Origin: Desulfurococcales archaeon
Lineage (GTDB): Archaea > Thermoproteota > Thermoprotei_A > Sulfolobales > Desulfurococcaceae
DNA: 64,000 bases
NCBI GenBank assembly: GCA_027022365.1
Contig: JALVYU010000031.1
Location: forward strand, 1 to 64,000
Reading direction: 5' to 3'
Positions 37,455 to 47,243 of this stretch are shown here, one piece after another. Below the pieces are notes generated by a model. The model ran no database searches. It saw only the letters and a list, made by a program, of their open reading frames with translations, and was not told the origin of the DNA. The translations under genes and the position numbers were made by a program. The stretch's first letter is position 1. Every line of letters starts with the position of its first letter.

Positions 37455-38942
37455 ATGCCAGAGAAGAAGAAAAGGGGAGGAGTAGGAGCATTCTTAGCAG
37501 GCATAAGACTGCTGTTCAACAATCCAGTGACGAGAAGAGCGTTGTTGCTGGCATCAAAAGAATATGTCTGCAAATACGGTGAAAAAGATGTCAAAGCACC
37601 CGTGATCTACCATAGCTTATCCAGTATCGCGGGCGAACCCGTAGAATGCCCATTGGCAGCCGGAATACTCATGGGCATCATAAAGAAGATAATAATGTTC
37701 GGCGTTCATGTACTGAAAGGCGATGAAGAAGAAGTAAAGAAGGCGCTTAGCGACCCGGCTATAAGGAGAGGTATAACGCTGGTTATGAAGGGCCTTGGAT
37801 TATACGGCGTAACCGTACCGCAGAAGATGCCGGCGCCATTCCTTATAGTCTGGAATTTCACCAACATGTGCAACTTTAGGTGCAAACACTGTTACCAGAG
37901 AGCGGATAGGCCTCTTCCCGACGAGCTAAGCCTCGAGGAGAAGATAATGCTTGTCGACCAGCTGGATAAAGCGGGCGTTGCAGCTGTCGCTCTTAGTGGC
38001 GGTGAGCCAACGATACATCCCCACTTCCTCCGGATAGTCCGGGAGATAGCTAGCAGGGGAATGTACGTGGCTGTGGCAACAAATGGATGGGTGTTTGCAG
38101 ACATTGAGAGGCTTAAGAAGGCCAAGGAGGCGGGAGTACGCTACGTAGAAATAAGCGTGGACAGTGCCGATCCGAAGAAACATGATGCATTCAGGGGCAC
38201 GCCCGGTGCCTGGGAGCATGCAGTTAAAGCCCTAGAAAACGCGGTGAAGCTAGGAATAAACCATGCCATGGCCGTGACGATCACGAAGGCTAACCTGGAC
38301 GAGGTTGACGAGATACTGGATCTAGCGGAGAGCATAGGCGTGAAGAGAGTGATATTCTTCAACTTCATACCTGTTGGAAGAGGTATCGAGATAAGCCACT
38401 TGGATCTCACGCCGGAGGAGAGGGAGAGGTTTCTGCGGAAGCTCTATATTGAAATGAAGAAGCGGAAAGGCATGGAGATCATAAGTACCGCGCCCCAGTA
38501 CAGCCGTGTAACACTTCAGATGAGCAGCGGGGAGGAGATAGCACCTACACACTTCTATGTGGGTGATGACCCCATAGTAAAAGCCCTGGCTGAATTCATA
38601 GGTGGATGCGGAGCTGGGAGAATATATGCGGCCGTACAACCAAACGGTGATGTAACCCCGTGTGTGTTCATGCCATTAAAGGTCGGCAATATAAGAGAGA
38701 CACCATTCTGGGAGATATGGACAAAATCACCAGTGCTATTGAGCCTGAGGGATCGCGAAAAACTGAAAGGAGGGTGCGCAAGATGCCCCTACAAGTACAT
38801 ATGTGGAGGATGTCGTGCAAGAGGATATGCATACTTCAATGACCCGTTAGCCCCGGATCCTGGATGCATTATAAATCTGAAGCACTGGAAAGAGCTAATG
38901 GAGATGAAAAAAGTAAAGATAACTGTCGCCCATAATCAATAG
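37455..38942 (+). CDS. Radical SAM/SPASM protein with N-terminal extension (candidate GMGT synthase)
   Basis: CNFRCKHC, SGGEP, SPASM motifs CGAG...PC and C..C.....C.GGCRAR...DPGC, about 125-aa amphipathic N-terminal extension. Confidence 0.85.
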   Translation: MPEKKKRGGVGAFLAGIRLLFNNPVTRRALLLASKEYVCKYGEKDVKAPVIYHSLSSIAGEPVECPLAAGILMGIIKKIIMFGVHVLKGDEEEVKKALSDPAIRRGITLVMKGLGLYGVTVPQKMPAPFLIVWNFTNMCNFRCKHCYQRADRPLPDELSLEEKIMLVDQLDKAGVAAVALSGGEPTIHPHFLRIVREIASRGMYVAVATNGWVFADIERLKKAKEAGVRYVEISVDSADPKKHDAFRGTPGAWEHAVKALENAVKLGINHAMAVTITKANLDEVDEILDLAESIGVKRVIFFNFIPVGRGIEISHLDLTPEERERFLRKLYIEMKKRKGMEIISTAPQYSRVTLQMSSGEEIAPTHFYVGDDPIVKALAEFIGGCGAGRIYAAVQPNGDVTPCVFMPLKVGNIRETPFWEIWTKSPVLLSLRDREKLKGGCARCPYKYICGGCRARGYAYFNDPLAPDPGCIINLKHWKELMEMKKVKITVAHNQ

Positions 38943-39134
38943 ATTTTAACTTTGATTAATATCCTGTCCTAACATGATTTATTATCTCTTCTCTACTCCT
39001 AATATTCACCCGGTTTATAATTGTCTCCTCATATTGGATAGAGGATATCATTATGTGTGAAACAAAATATTAATTGTTACAATGCCTATAACATAGGATT
39101 GAATACTCTCCCGTGATTCTCCGGATAATGGTGC

Positions 39135-40319
39135 GTGAATATGGCGGACAAGATCTATATTATAGGTGTTGGGATGACCAAGATAGGCCGATGGTATAAT
39201 CGGAGCGCCAAGGACTTGTTCTACGAGGCTATAAGCAAGGCAATAGAAGACGCCGGAGGAGTAAAGCCCCAGGCGCTTGTCATAGGGAATATGACCTCCA
39301 GTGTCCTGATGGAGCAGGATAGCCTCGCTGCACTGCTCGCGGATCACTCGGGCTTGAGGGGAATACCTGCTTTCAAAGTAGAGGCAGCCTGCGGTAGTGG
39401 AGGAGCGGCTTTCTATGCAGGCTATAGTCTCGTGAAGAGCGGATTGGCAGATATTGTTGCCGCGGGAGGCGTGGAAAAACTAACGGAGGGTATATCGAGC
39501 GAGGTGACAAAGGCGCTGGCGCAGGCAGCGGATGCAGAGTATGAGGTGTTCTATGGTGTGAGCTTCACCGGGCTGAACGCTCTCGTCGCCAGATACTATA
39601 TGGGTAAGTATGGCTATACTAGGGAAGACATGGCGTACTGGCCTCTCAGAATGCATGAATATGCTGTGAGCAATCCCTATGCGCAGTTGCCGAAGAAGAC
39701 AAGTCTGGAGGCGATACTCAAGAGCCCCGTTGTAGCGGAGCCTCTCCATCTTTTCGACTGCTCACCAATAGGCGACGGGGCGGCCGCTGTGATCCTGGTT
39801 AGAGGTGAGGATAGAGCACGAGAGATATCTAGAAAGATAGGTAGAGATGTTCTCGTAGAAGTTAGGGGCGTAGCATTATCGACCGATAGCGTAGACCTCG
39901 GCAGTAGAACCGACCTTCTAACACTCACAAGCACCGTAAACGCCAGCAGGCAAGCCTACAGGATGGCAGGCATAACAGCTAAGGACGTCGATTACCTCGA
40001 GGTACATGATGCTTTCCACATAACGGGATACCTAGCACTAGAAGACATGGGGTTCGCCGCTAAAGGCGAAGCACCAAAACTCTGGAAGGAAGGAAGATTC
40101 GCCAAGGGTGACAAGCCCGAGGTAAACCTTAGTGGAGGCCTAAAGGCAAGGGGACACCCTGTCGGTGCAACAGGTATATACCAGATAGCTGAGTGCGCAT
40201 TACAGCTTAGAGGAGAATTCCCAGGAGTAAAAGCATCGGACCCAACTATAGCAGTCGCACAGAACATAGGCGGTGTAGCGACCTATTCGGCTGTAACAGT
40301 GCTTGGCCGTGCCCGGTAG
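39135..40319 (+). CDS. Archaeal thiolase (acetyl-CoA C-acetyltransferase)
   Basis: VEAACGSGG, CSPIGDGAAA, EVHDAF, N.SGGLKARGHPVGATG. Confidence 0.92.
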   Translation: MNMADKIYIIGVGMTKIGRWYNRSAKDLFYEAISKAIEDAGGVKPQALVIGNMTSSVLMEQDSLAALLADHSGLRGIPAFKVEAACGSGGAAFYAGYSLVKSGLADIVAAGGVEKLTEGISSEVTKALAQAADAEYEVFYGVSFTGLNALVARYYMGKYGYTREDMAYWPLRMHEYAVSNPYAQLPKKTSLEAILKSPVVAEPLHLFDCSPIGDGAAAVILVRGEDRAREISRKIGRDVLVEVRGVALSTDSVDLGSRTDLLTLTSTVNASRQAYRMAGITAKDVDYLEVHDAFHITGYLALEDMGFAAKGEAPKLWKEGRFAKGDKPEVNLSGGLKARGHPVGATGIYQIAECALQLRGEFPGVKASDPTIAVAQNIGGVATYSAVTVLGRAR

Positions 40320-40429
40320 CAGGGGATAATTGTTTTTATTCATTACATTATTATTCATTGGCTTGTTAGATATTCGAAACACATATTACTTTATTTGCGA
40401 GAAATAGGCTCTCCAGCAGGTGTATCGAA

Positions 40430-41995
40430 TTGGTTGAAAAGACGATCAAGGATCTCCTGGAAGAGGTAAATGAATTAAGAAAGAAATCAACGATGGGTGG
40501 CGGAGAACAGAGAATAGAGGCGCAGCGAAAGAAGGGAAAGTTATGGGTTTGGGATAGGATCAATAGGCTACTGGATCCTGATACGTTCCAGCCCCTTCAA
40601 TGGATGCGGACAACGAGGTCAACATATTTCGGCCTAGATAAACTAAAGTATCTTGGAGACGGTGTCGTAGTAGGTTATGGCAAGATCGATGGAAGGCCTG
40701 TATTCGTTTATGCCCAGGATTTCACGGTAATGGGTGGAAGCATAGGCGAGGCCCACGCGGACAAGATAGTCTCTGTTATAGAGAAAGCGATAGAGGTCGG
40801 TGCACCAGTTATTGGGATCTATGATTCCGGTGGCGCGAGGATACAAGAGGGAGTAGCATCTCTACATGGATGCGGCAGGATATTCGCAGCAAACGTTAAG
40901 GCTAGTGGTGTTATACCACAGATAAGTCTGATCATGGGTCCATGTGCTGGTGCGGCTGCCTATAGCCCTGCTCTAACAGATTTTGTCATAATGGTTAAGA
41001 AGAGCTTTATGTTCATAACAGGCCCCGAAGTAGTAAAGGCTGCTACAGGCATAGAGACATCCTTCGAAGAACTTGGTGGAGCAGATGTTCATGCATCTGA
41101 ATCAGGTGTAGCTCATTTTGTGACGGAAGATGAGGATACTGCTTTCCAGCTTGTACGCGAGCTATTATCATATCTGCCAAGTAGTTTCGATGAAGATCCC
41201 CCCAGGGTCAAAACAGATGATCCTGTTGATAGGAAAGCCGAGGATCTAAGGGATATAGTTCCGCTTGATCCCTCAAAGCCATTTGATATGCACGAGATAA
41301 TATATAGGATCATTGATGACGGGCGGTTCCTTGAGGTACACCAGAACTACGCCAGATCAGCCATCGTGGGCTTCGGCCGGATAGGCGGGTACAGCGTGGG
41401 TATAGTAGCCAATAACCCCTCGGTAAACGCGGGCGTGATAGATATTGATGCGAGCCTCAAGATAGCTCGTTTCGTAAGGTTCTGTGACAGCTTCAACATA
41501 CCTATTATAACGTTTGTCGATACGCCCGGCTTCATGCCTGGACTGGACCAGGAGCATGGTGGGATAATAAAACATGGCGCAAAGATCCTCTATGCATATG
41601 CCGAGTCAACAGTACCCAAAATAACCGTGATCGTGAGAAAAGCCTATGGGGGAGCCTATATAGCTATGGGGAGTAAGAGCCTCGGTGCAGACGTAACTTA
41701 TGCGTGGCCAACAGCAGAAATAGCGGTGATGGGGCCCGAGGGAGCCGTGAGAATACTCTACAGGAAAGAAGCCATGAAGAAAGAAGACCCCGACGCCTTC
41801 CTCCGAGAAAAACTCGCGGAGTACAGGAGGGTCTTCGCTAACCCGTATAGAGCTGCGGAGCTCGGATATGTCGATGATATCATTGATCCCGCTGATACCA
41901 GGTACAAGATATACCTTGCCCTCGACATGCTGAAAGAGAAGAAAGAGGAAATGATGCATATACTACCCAGGAAGCACGGTAATATGCCATTGTAA
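40430..41995 (+). CDS. Acyl-CoA carboxyltransferase (methylmalonyl-CoA decarboxylase alpha / PccB-like)
   Basis: QDFTVMGGS, DSGGARIQEG, GPCAG, TGP.VV, VDTPGF.PG..QEHGGI, RKAYGGAY, KHGNMPL. Confidence 0.93.
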   Translation: MVEKTIKDLLEEVNELRKKSTMGGGEQRIEAQRKKGKLWVWDRINRLLDPDTFQPLQWMRTTRSTYFGLDKLKYLGDGVVVGYGKIDGRPVFVYAQDFTVMGGSIGEAHADKIVSVIEKAIEVGAPVIGIYDSGGARIQEGVASLHGCGRIFAANVKASGVIPQISLIMGPCAGAAAYSPALTDFVIMVKKSFMFITGPEVVKAATGIETSFEELGGADVHASESGVAHFVTEDEDTAFQLVRELLSYLPSSFDEDPPRVKTDDPVDRKAEDLRDIVPLDPSKPFDMHEIIYRIIDDGRFLEVHQNYARSAIVGFGRIGGYSVGIVANNPSVNAGVIDIDASLKIARFVRFCDSFNIPIITFVDTPGFMPGLDQEHGGIIKHGAKILYAYAESTVPKITVIVRKAYGGAYIAMGSKSLGADVTYAWPTAEIAVMGPEGAVRILYRKEAMKKEDPDAFLREKLAEYRRVFANPYRAAELGYVDDIIDPADTRYKIYLALDMLKEKKEEMMHILPRKHGNMPL

Positions 41996-42011
41996 GAGGA
42001 TAAGGGCTCCC

Positions 42012-42560
42012 TTATTTCTCCTTCTTCTTCGCCTCGAACGGCTTTATACGGATCAATAATGTATTCTTTGTCACGGCTTTGCCAGGTTCAACTCTGATCT
42101 CCTCAACTATTCCATCGACATCACTCCTTATCATAGTGACCATTTTCATAGACTCTATTAATGCTACTACATCACCGGCTGTGACCTTGTCACCCGGCTT
42201 CACTTTAATATCTATGACTTTTCCGCTAAGCGGTGCTCTGATCTCTCCTGGTCTGCTGATGACCTTACCGGTCGTTTTACTTGTTCCCGATGCACCAGCC
42301 AATGGTATAAGCTCAACGATCTTGCTCACCAGCGCGTTTTCATCGTTAATGAAGATACCGGTATCATCGGCTCTGACCTTATAGGTTTCACCGTTGATCT
42401 CGACCAAGAGGGTATTATCGTCAACCTTCTTCTTGAAGATAATCTCAAGCTCCTCGTTACCACCAATGAGCCTCACAGCCACCTTGTTCTTGCCGGTATC
42501 TTTTACCTCGACATCAACTATGTCTCCGCTGAACGTTTCCACTCGGTAGCGTCTCGGCAT
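42012..42560 (-). CDS. Biotin carboxyl carrier protein
   Basis: APLSG.V, ESMKM biotinylation motif, G.V..I.V..G..V. Confidence 0.9.
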   Translation of the reverse strand: MPRRYRVETFSGDIVDVEVKDTGKNKVAVRLIGGNEELEIIFKKKVDDNTLLVEINGETYKVRADDTGIFINDENALVSKIVELIPLAGASGTSKTTGKVISRPGEIRAPLSGKVIDIKVKPGDKVTAGDVVALIESMKMVTMIRSDVDGIVEEIRVEPGKAVTKNTLLIRIKPFEAKKKEK

Positions 42561-42657
42561 TAATGCAACACCCTTGGCCGTGCTAGCTATAATGAATTAT
42601 CGTTTCACCTATATTAAATCCTGTTAAACAAATTATGATATCAAACGGTGTAGTGAC

Positions 42658-43995
42658 TTGGCGAAACTTCTGCTCGAAAAAGAAATGATATACGCGTTGA
42701 TAGAGGCTGTACGGTTCGCAGAAGAGATTAAGCCTAGCCAGGACGCTAAGCGAAGAGCGTTCAGAAAATACGGGTTGTTAGGTGGTAAGAGAGACCCGCT
42801 CGTGACAGCCGTTTTCTACGGTATAATGAAGCATCTGGGAATACTTGATAGGATTATCGAGAAGGTAATCGGGGTCGAACCACTAATACTGGACCCGTGG
42901 CTCAGAGCAGCGCTCCGGGCAGTCCTAGAGATCATAGTTTTTAGGGATCCTTCCCAGAAAACACTAAAACTACTCGATAAACCAGTAGCTGAACTAATCT
43001 CGCATAAAACCCATCCCTACACCGGCATGTATTACCACAGGCTTTTCGAAACAAAACTAAAGAACTACAAGTATGAGCCGAGCAGTGAGGACGAAAAAAT
43101 AGAGTATAAGTACTTCCTGCCATCATGGTATGTGAGAAAGATAAGAGAACTCCTAGGCGACGAAACCGATGAGCTCATAAGAAGTCTTGACACACCACTA
43201 CCAATAAGCATCAGGGTCAATACCCTCAAGACCAGTGTCGACGCAATAGTAAAGCAGCTTAAGAAGGAGGGAAAACAGCCAGAAGTCTCAAAAATAGTCC
43301 CTACAGTCATAAGGTTTAAGGGCCCATACAACTTCGAGAAATCTCCTATTTGGCGTAAAGGAATGATCATAATGCAGGAGGAAGCCAGCGCTCTGGCATC
43401 CCTTATCCTCGCACCCGAGCCCGGCATGACCGTTGTAGACATAGCGGCAGCGCCGGGCGGCAAGACCGAGCACATGGGAGAACTAATGAAGAATCAAGGA
43501 ACAATATATGCCTTCGACATCAACAAGCTCAGAATGCAGAGGCTTAAACAAATCATTAGGCGGGCTGGCATAAATATAGTCAAGACTTACCTCAGGGACG
43601 GACGAGAAGCCCCGAGAATACTGGGCGAGGAGATAGCTGATAGAGTACTCGTCGACGCACCATGCAGTAGTGATGGAACCCTAATGAAAAACCCTGATCT
43701 TAGGTGGAGACTACGTCCAGAGAAAGTAGAGGAGCTGAGCAAACTACAGTATGAGTTGCTCGAGGCCGGCTGGAAGCTACTACGAAGAGGGGGAAGGCTA
43801 CTCTACTGTACATGTAGTTTGTTGAGAGAAGAGAACGAGGACGTGGTAGCAAGGTTCCTAAAGAAACACGGCAATGCAAGACTCGTCGAGCTGAACGGAC
43901 CATACAGCCCCGGTTTTATACCCGGCACCATGAGGGCATGGCCACATAAACATAGAACAATAGGCTTCTTCTACGCTTTGCTAGAGAAGAAATAA
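42658..43995 (+). CDS. RsmB/NOL1/NOP2-family RNA m5C methyltransferase
   Basis: NusB-like N-terminus, QEEAS, D.AAAPGGKT, DAPCS, YCTCS...EENE. Confidence 0.92.
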   Translation: MAKLLLEKEMIYALIEAVRFAEEIKPSQDAKRRAFRKYGLLGGKRDPLVTAVFYGIMKHLGILDRIIEKVIGVEPLILDPWLRAALRAVLEIIVFRDPSQKTLKLLDKPVAELISHKTHPYTGMYYHRLFETKLKNYKYEPSSEDEKIEYKYFLPSWYVRKIRELLGDETDELIRSLDTPLPISIRVNTLKTSVDAIVKQLKKEGKQPEVSKIVPTVIRFKGPYNFEKSPIWRKGMIIMQEEASALASLILAPEPGMTVVDIAAAPGGKTEHMGELMKNQGTIYAFDINKLRMQRLKQIIRRAGINIVKTYLRDGREAPRILGEEIADRVLVDAPCSSDGTLMKNPDLRWRLRPEKVEELSKLQYELLEAGWKLLRRGGRLLYCTCSLLREENEDVVARFLKKHGNARLVELNGPYSPGFIPGTMRAWPHKHRTIGFFYALLEKK

Positions 43996-44060
43996 TTAGG
44001 TTTATCATGGATACCTTTAAACATGTATGATCAAGGTATCGTAGGAAGCAGTGATGGGCC

Positions 44061-45458
44061 TTGAAGCTATTCGGTACCGCTGGGATCAGGAAAAAATACC
44101 CCGACGTCTTGGATCCAGTGCTCGCATATAAACTGGGACTAGTCCTGAGACGGACAATTCGTGCCCGTGAAGCCTATATCGTATATGATTCCAGGACCAC
44201 GGGCCACTTATTCACGGCATCAATATCAGCGGGCCTCATGGCCTCAGGATTCAATGTGAACATCATAGGCCTAGCCCCTACGCCCGTCGCAGCCTATGCG
44301 GCGAAAAAACACGGGGCACTCGGAATATCGGTTACCGCGAGCCACAACCCGCCAGAATACAATGGCTTTAAATTCTACGACAATGAAGGCTACGAGTACG
44401 TGCGTAGCCTCGAAAACGTAATAGAGGAGAACCTCGACAAAACAAAACCTCTACCATGGGACAAAGTAGGAAAGACGAGAATAATTCCTCGAGTACTCGA
44501 TGACTACATCCGTGACATGGCAAACATCATCGGTGAAACGAGACCTGTATGGAAGCCCAGAATAGTCATAGACTTAGCCAATGGTACGGCATATAATGTC
44601 ACACCAAACATTGTTCGTATCCTTGGAGCAGTACCAATAACGATCAATGCTAATCCTGACGGGTACTTCCCAGTCAGACCACCCGAGCCACGCAAAGATG
44701 TCCTTGAGTCGTATTTGAAGCTATATTCCTCTATAGAACCAGCCATGATCCTAGCCCATGACGGCGACGCTGATAGACTGGCCGTACTCGATCCTCATAC
44801 AGGCTTCATAAGGCAGGACAGGATCATAGCATTATACGCTAAGCTGGCATTACTCGAGAGAAAAGGACACGTAATAGTATCAATCGACACGGGCAAGGTA
44901 GTCGATAAAGTAGTCGAAGAACTAGGAGGTAAGCTAGAGCGATACCTCTTAGGGAAAACCCACGAGCGAGTAAAAGAGCTCGGCGCATCAAATGTAGCGA
45001 TAGCGGCAGAGCCCTGGAAACTAATAGATCCAAGGTGGGGTCCCTGGGTCGACGGCATATGGCAAGCGGCTATACTCACCAAGCTAGTCGTGGAGAGAGG
45101 TAAACCTCTCGCTAAAATCCTTGATGAAGAGGGTATCCCCGACTATCCATGGGATAGGAGAAGCTATTTATTCTCGCCGATAGAGGTGAGGGATAAAATA
45201 TACCTTGATCTTGTTGAAGAGCTGAAAACACTGCTAGGCGGGCCCGATAACATAATAACTATTGACGGATACAGGTACGAGTACAGAGATGGCTCATGGA
45301 TTCTAGTGCGGAAAAGCGGTACCGAGCCCAAGATCAGACTATACATGGAGGCACAACGACAGGATAGGCTCAAAGAAATGATTGAGAAGACCGAGAACAA
45401 GATAAAGGAACTATGCAGAAAACATGATGCAAAGATAATAGAAAAAACTATCGGATAA
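44061..45458 (+). CDS. Phosphohexomutase (PGM/PMM family, possibly phosphopentomutase)
   Basis: LFGTAGIR, TASHNPPEYNG, DGDADR, R.SGTEP.IR. Confidence 0.9.
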   Translation: MKLFGTAGIRKKYPDVLDPVLAYKLGLVLRRTIRAREAYIVYDSRTTGHLFTASISAGLMASGFNVNIIGLAPTPVAAYAAKKHGALGISVTASHNPPEYNGFKFYDNEGYEYVRSLENVIEENLDKTKPLPWDKVGKTRIIPRVLDDYIRDMANIIGETRPVWKPRIVIDLANGTAYNVTPNIVRILGAVPITINANPDGYFPVRPPEPRKDVLESYLKLYSSIEPAMILAHDGDADRLAVLDPHTGFIRQDRIIALYAKLALLERKGHVIVSIDTGKVVDKVVEELGGKLERYLLGKTHERVKELGASNVAIAAEPWKLIDPRWGPWVDGIWQAAILTKLVVERGKPLAKILDEEGIPDYPWDRRSYLFSPIEVRDKIYLDLVEELKTLLGGPDNIITIDGYRYEYRDGSWILVRKSGTEPKIRLYMEAQRQDRLKEMIEKTENKIKELCRKHDAKIIEKTIG

Positions 45459-45462
45459 AAGA

Positions 45463-45639
45463 CTACTTGATAATCCTCCTTTTCCTAAGCATCGTTTTGA
45501 GCTCTTCGCGATCCATGAGCTCTAAACCCTTGATTTTTTCAAGTACTCGGCGAGCTTCTTCCCGAAGACTTGGCTCCAAATCCTTTAAAACATCTTCAAT
45601 GATCTCCTTCTTGCTGCGTTTATCTCTGTAGAGGGACAA
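45463..45639 (-). CDS. Small charged helical protein, 58 aa
   Basis: Manual translation from TTG 45639: MSLYRDKRSKKEIIEDVLKDLEPSLREEARRVLEKIKGLELMDREELKTMLRKRRIIK. SD-like GGGGTCGTGA upstream, and it fills the intergenic gap. Confidence 0.65.
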   Translation of the reverse strand: MSLYRDKRSKKEIIEDVLKDLEPSLREEARRVLEKIKGLELMDREELKTMLRKRRIIK

Positions 45640-45712
45640 TCACGACCCCGAAACATGTTCTTAATTAATCCTTCGTATGTCCCAATATTTAATGTTTAAT
45701 AATACAGAACAA

Positions 45713-47236
45713 CTAGAAGATCAAATTATTGATGCTCACTGGGTAGACCTTAATACTTCTTATAAGCCCGATATTGATCATCAAGGGATCATTGTCAAAG
45801 CCGATAATGTCAGCATAGCATCCGGGCAGGAGAGCACCCAGAGAACTATCACGTAGGAGGAATGACGCTGTTCTCGTATAAAGGTGGAGGGCATCTACGA
45901 GTTCTAGTTTTTCATTAGGTGCGTATTTCTCGTAGGGGCTTCCAGGATCTCTAGTGACTGCATAATATAGTCCGTCACGAGGATCAATCGGCTCCACGGG
46001 ACAATCTGTCGAGAAGCTTACTGTTGTCCTCTCCATGAGCGAACGGAACCTATATGCCCATCTGACCCTATATCCTATCCTTTCCATTATCCACTTATCT
46101 GATGCTATGAATCTCGGCTGCACACTTATGAGTGGTTTTATCTCACGTATCATTTCTAGCTGGTCATCCCTGACGAGACTCGCATGCTCGATCCTGAGCA
46201 AATGACTGTGCTCTTTGAATAGATAATAGGCTTTTAGAACCTCATCCAGAGACGCATCGCCGATAGCATGGATAGCCACTTGTGCACCGGCCTTGACCGC
46301 CTCTTCGACGTATTTTATTATTTCATCATGCGTTAGAAGTAGTTTTCCGCGATTTCCAAGATCGTCATTGTAAGGTGTTGAGAGATATGCCGTCCTAGTA
46401 CCTAGAGCGCCGTCGGCGAGCAGTTTTATTCCAAGAACTCTAATGTTTCCTCTCGCCTTATCTCTCCACCGATAATATTCCTCGACCCAGTCCTCTTGTC
46501 CAGGATAAATGTAGACGTACACCCTTATTCTCAGTTCTCCGCTTCTTTCTGCCCCTAGCAGTGCCTTCATGCATTGCTCATCGCATCCCGTAACAGCTAC
46601 TGTGGTAACACCGTGTCTCAGAATATGGTTTTGAGCCTCCAGTATCATGTTAATGAAATCCTCTTTTTCGATCCTGCTCTTGATCCAGGAGTATGTCTTC
46701 CATAGCGCGTCTTCAACTAGAATGCCTTTCTCCAGATCAACTTGATCTTTTGGTAGAGTCTCTAGGAGTGTCTCCAACCCCTTAATACCAGCTGTGTTGA
46801 GGAAACCCATGTGGCCACTCTTATGTATTAGGAGTACAGGATGCTCAGGAATTAATGAGTCTAGTTTGTTTTTATCAATGATTTTATCATCGATGAACAA
46901 GTTGTGGTCGAATCCCCTCCCGACGATCCATTCTCCTACCTTGTTCTTTACAACAGATATTCGCTCTGAGAGTTCCTCCATACTAGTTATTTTGGATAAG
47001 TCTATTGTCCGTAACATGACCGCGAGAGTATCAATATGCATATGTGTGTCTATGAAGCCCGGCGCTAACACGTAATTATAGTTCCTCTTCTCGGCCCCGA
47101 CGGCCGAGGCTTTTTTCTCGGCGTTGAGACCATAAGCTATAACCCTCCCTCTGCATACGAGTAGCTTATCAGTAGCGATGAGCGGCTTGTAAGAGAGTAT
47201 GATCCTAGGTGATGAGAAAAGAACGCATTCACTCAC
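45713..47236 (-). CDS. Amidohydrolase (YtcJ-like)
   Basis: PGFIDTHMH, H...NT, K...DG.LG.RTA, HAIGD, RIEHAS, STD.P. Confidence 0.9.
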   Translation of the reverse strand: MSECVLFSSPRIILSYKPLIATDKLLVCRGRVIAYGLNAEKKASAVGAEKRNYNYVLAPGFIDTHMHIDTLAVMLRTIDLSKITSMEELSERISVVKNKVGEWIVGRGFDHNLFIDDKIIDKNKLDSLIPEHPVLLIHKSGHMGFLNTAGIKGLETLLETLPKDQVDLEKGILVEDALWKTYSWIKSRIEKEDFINMILEAQNHILRHGVTTVAVTGCDEQCMKALLGAERSGELRIRVYVYIYPGQEDWVEEYYRWRDKARGNIRVLGIKLLADGALGTRTAYLSTPYNDDLGNRGKLLLTHDEIIKYVEEAVKAGAQVAIHAIGDASLDEVLKAYYLFKEHSHLLRIEHASLVRDDQLEMIREIKPLISVQPRFIASDKWIMERIGYRVRWAYRFRSLMERTTVSFSTDCPVEPIDPRDGLYYAVTRDPGSPYEKYAPNEKLELVDALHLYTRTASFLLRDSSLGALLPGCYADIIGFDNDPLMINIGLIRSIKVYPVSINNLIF

Positions 47237-47243
47237 AGCCTAT

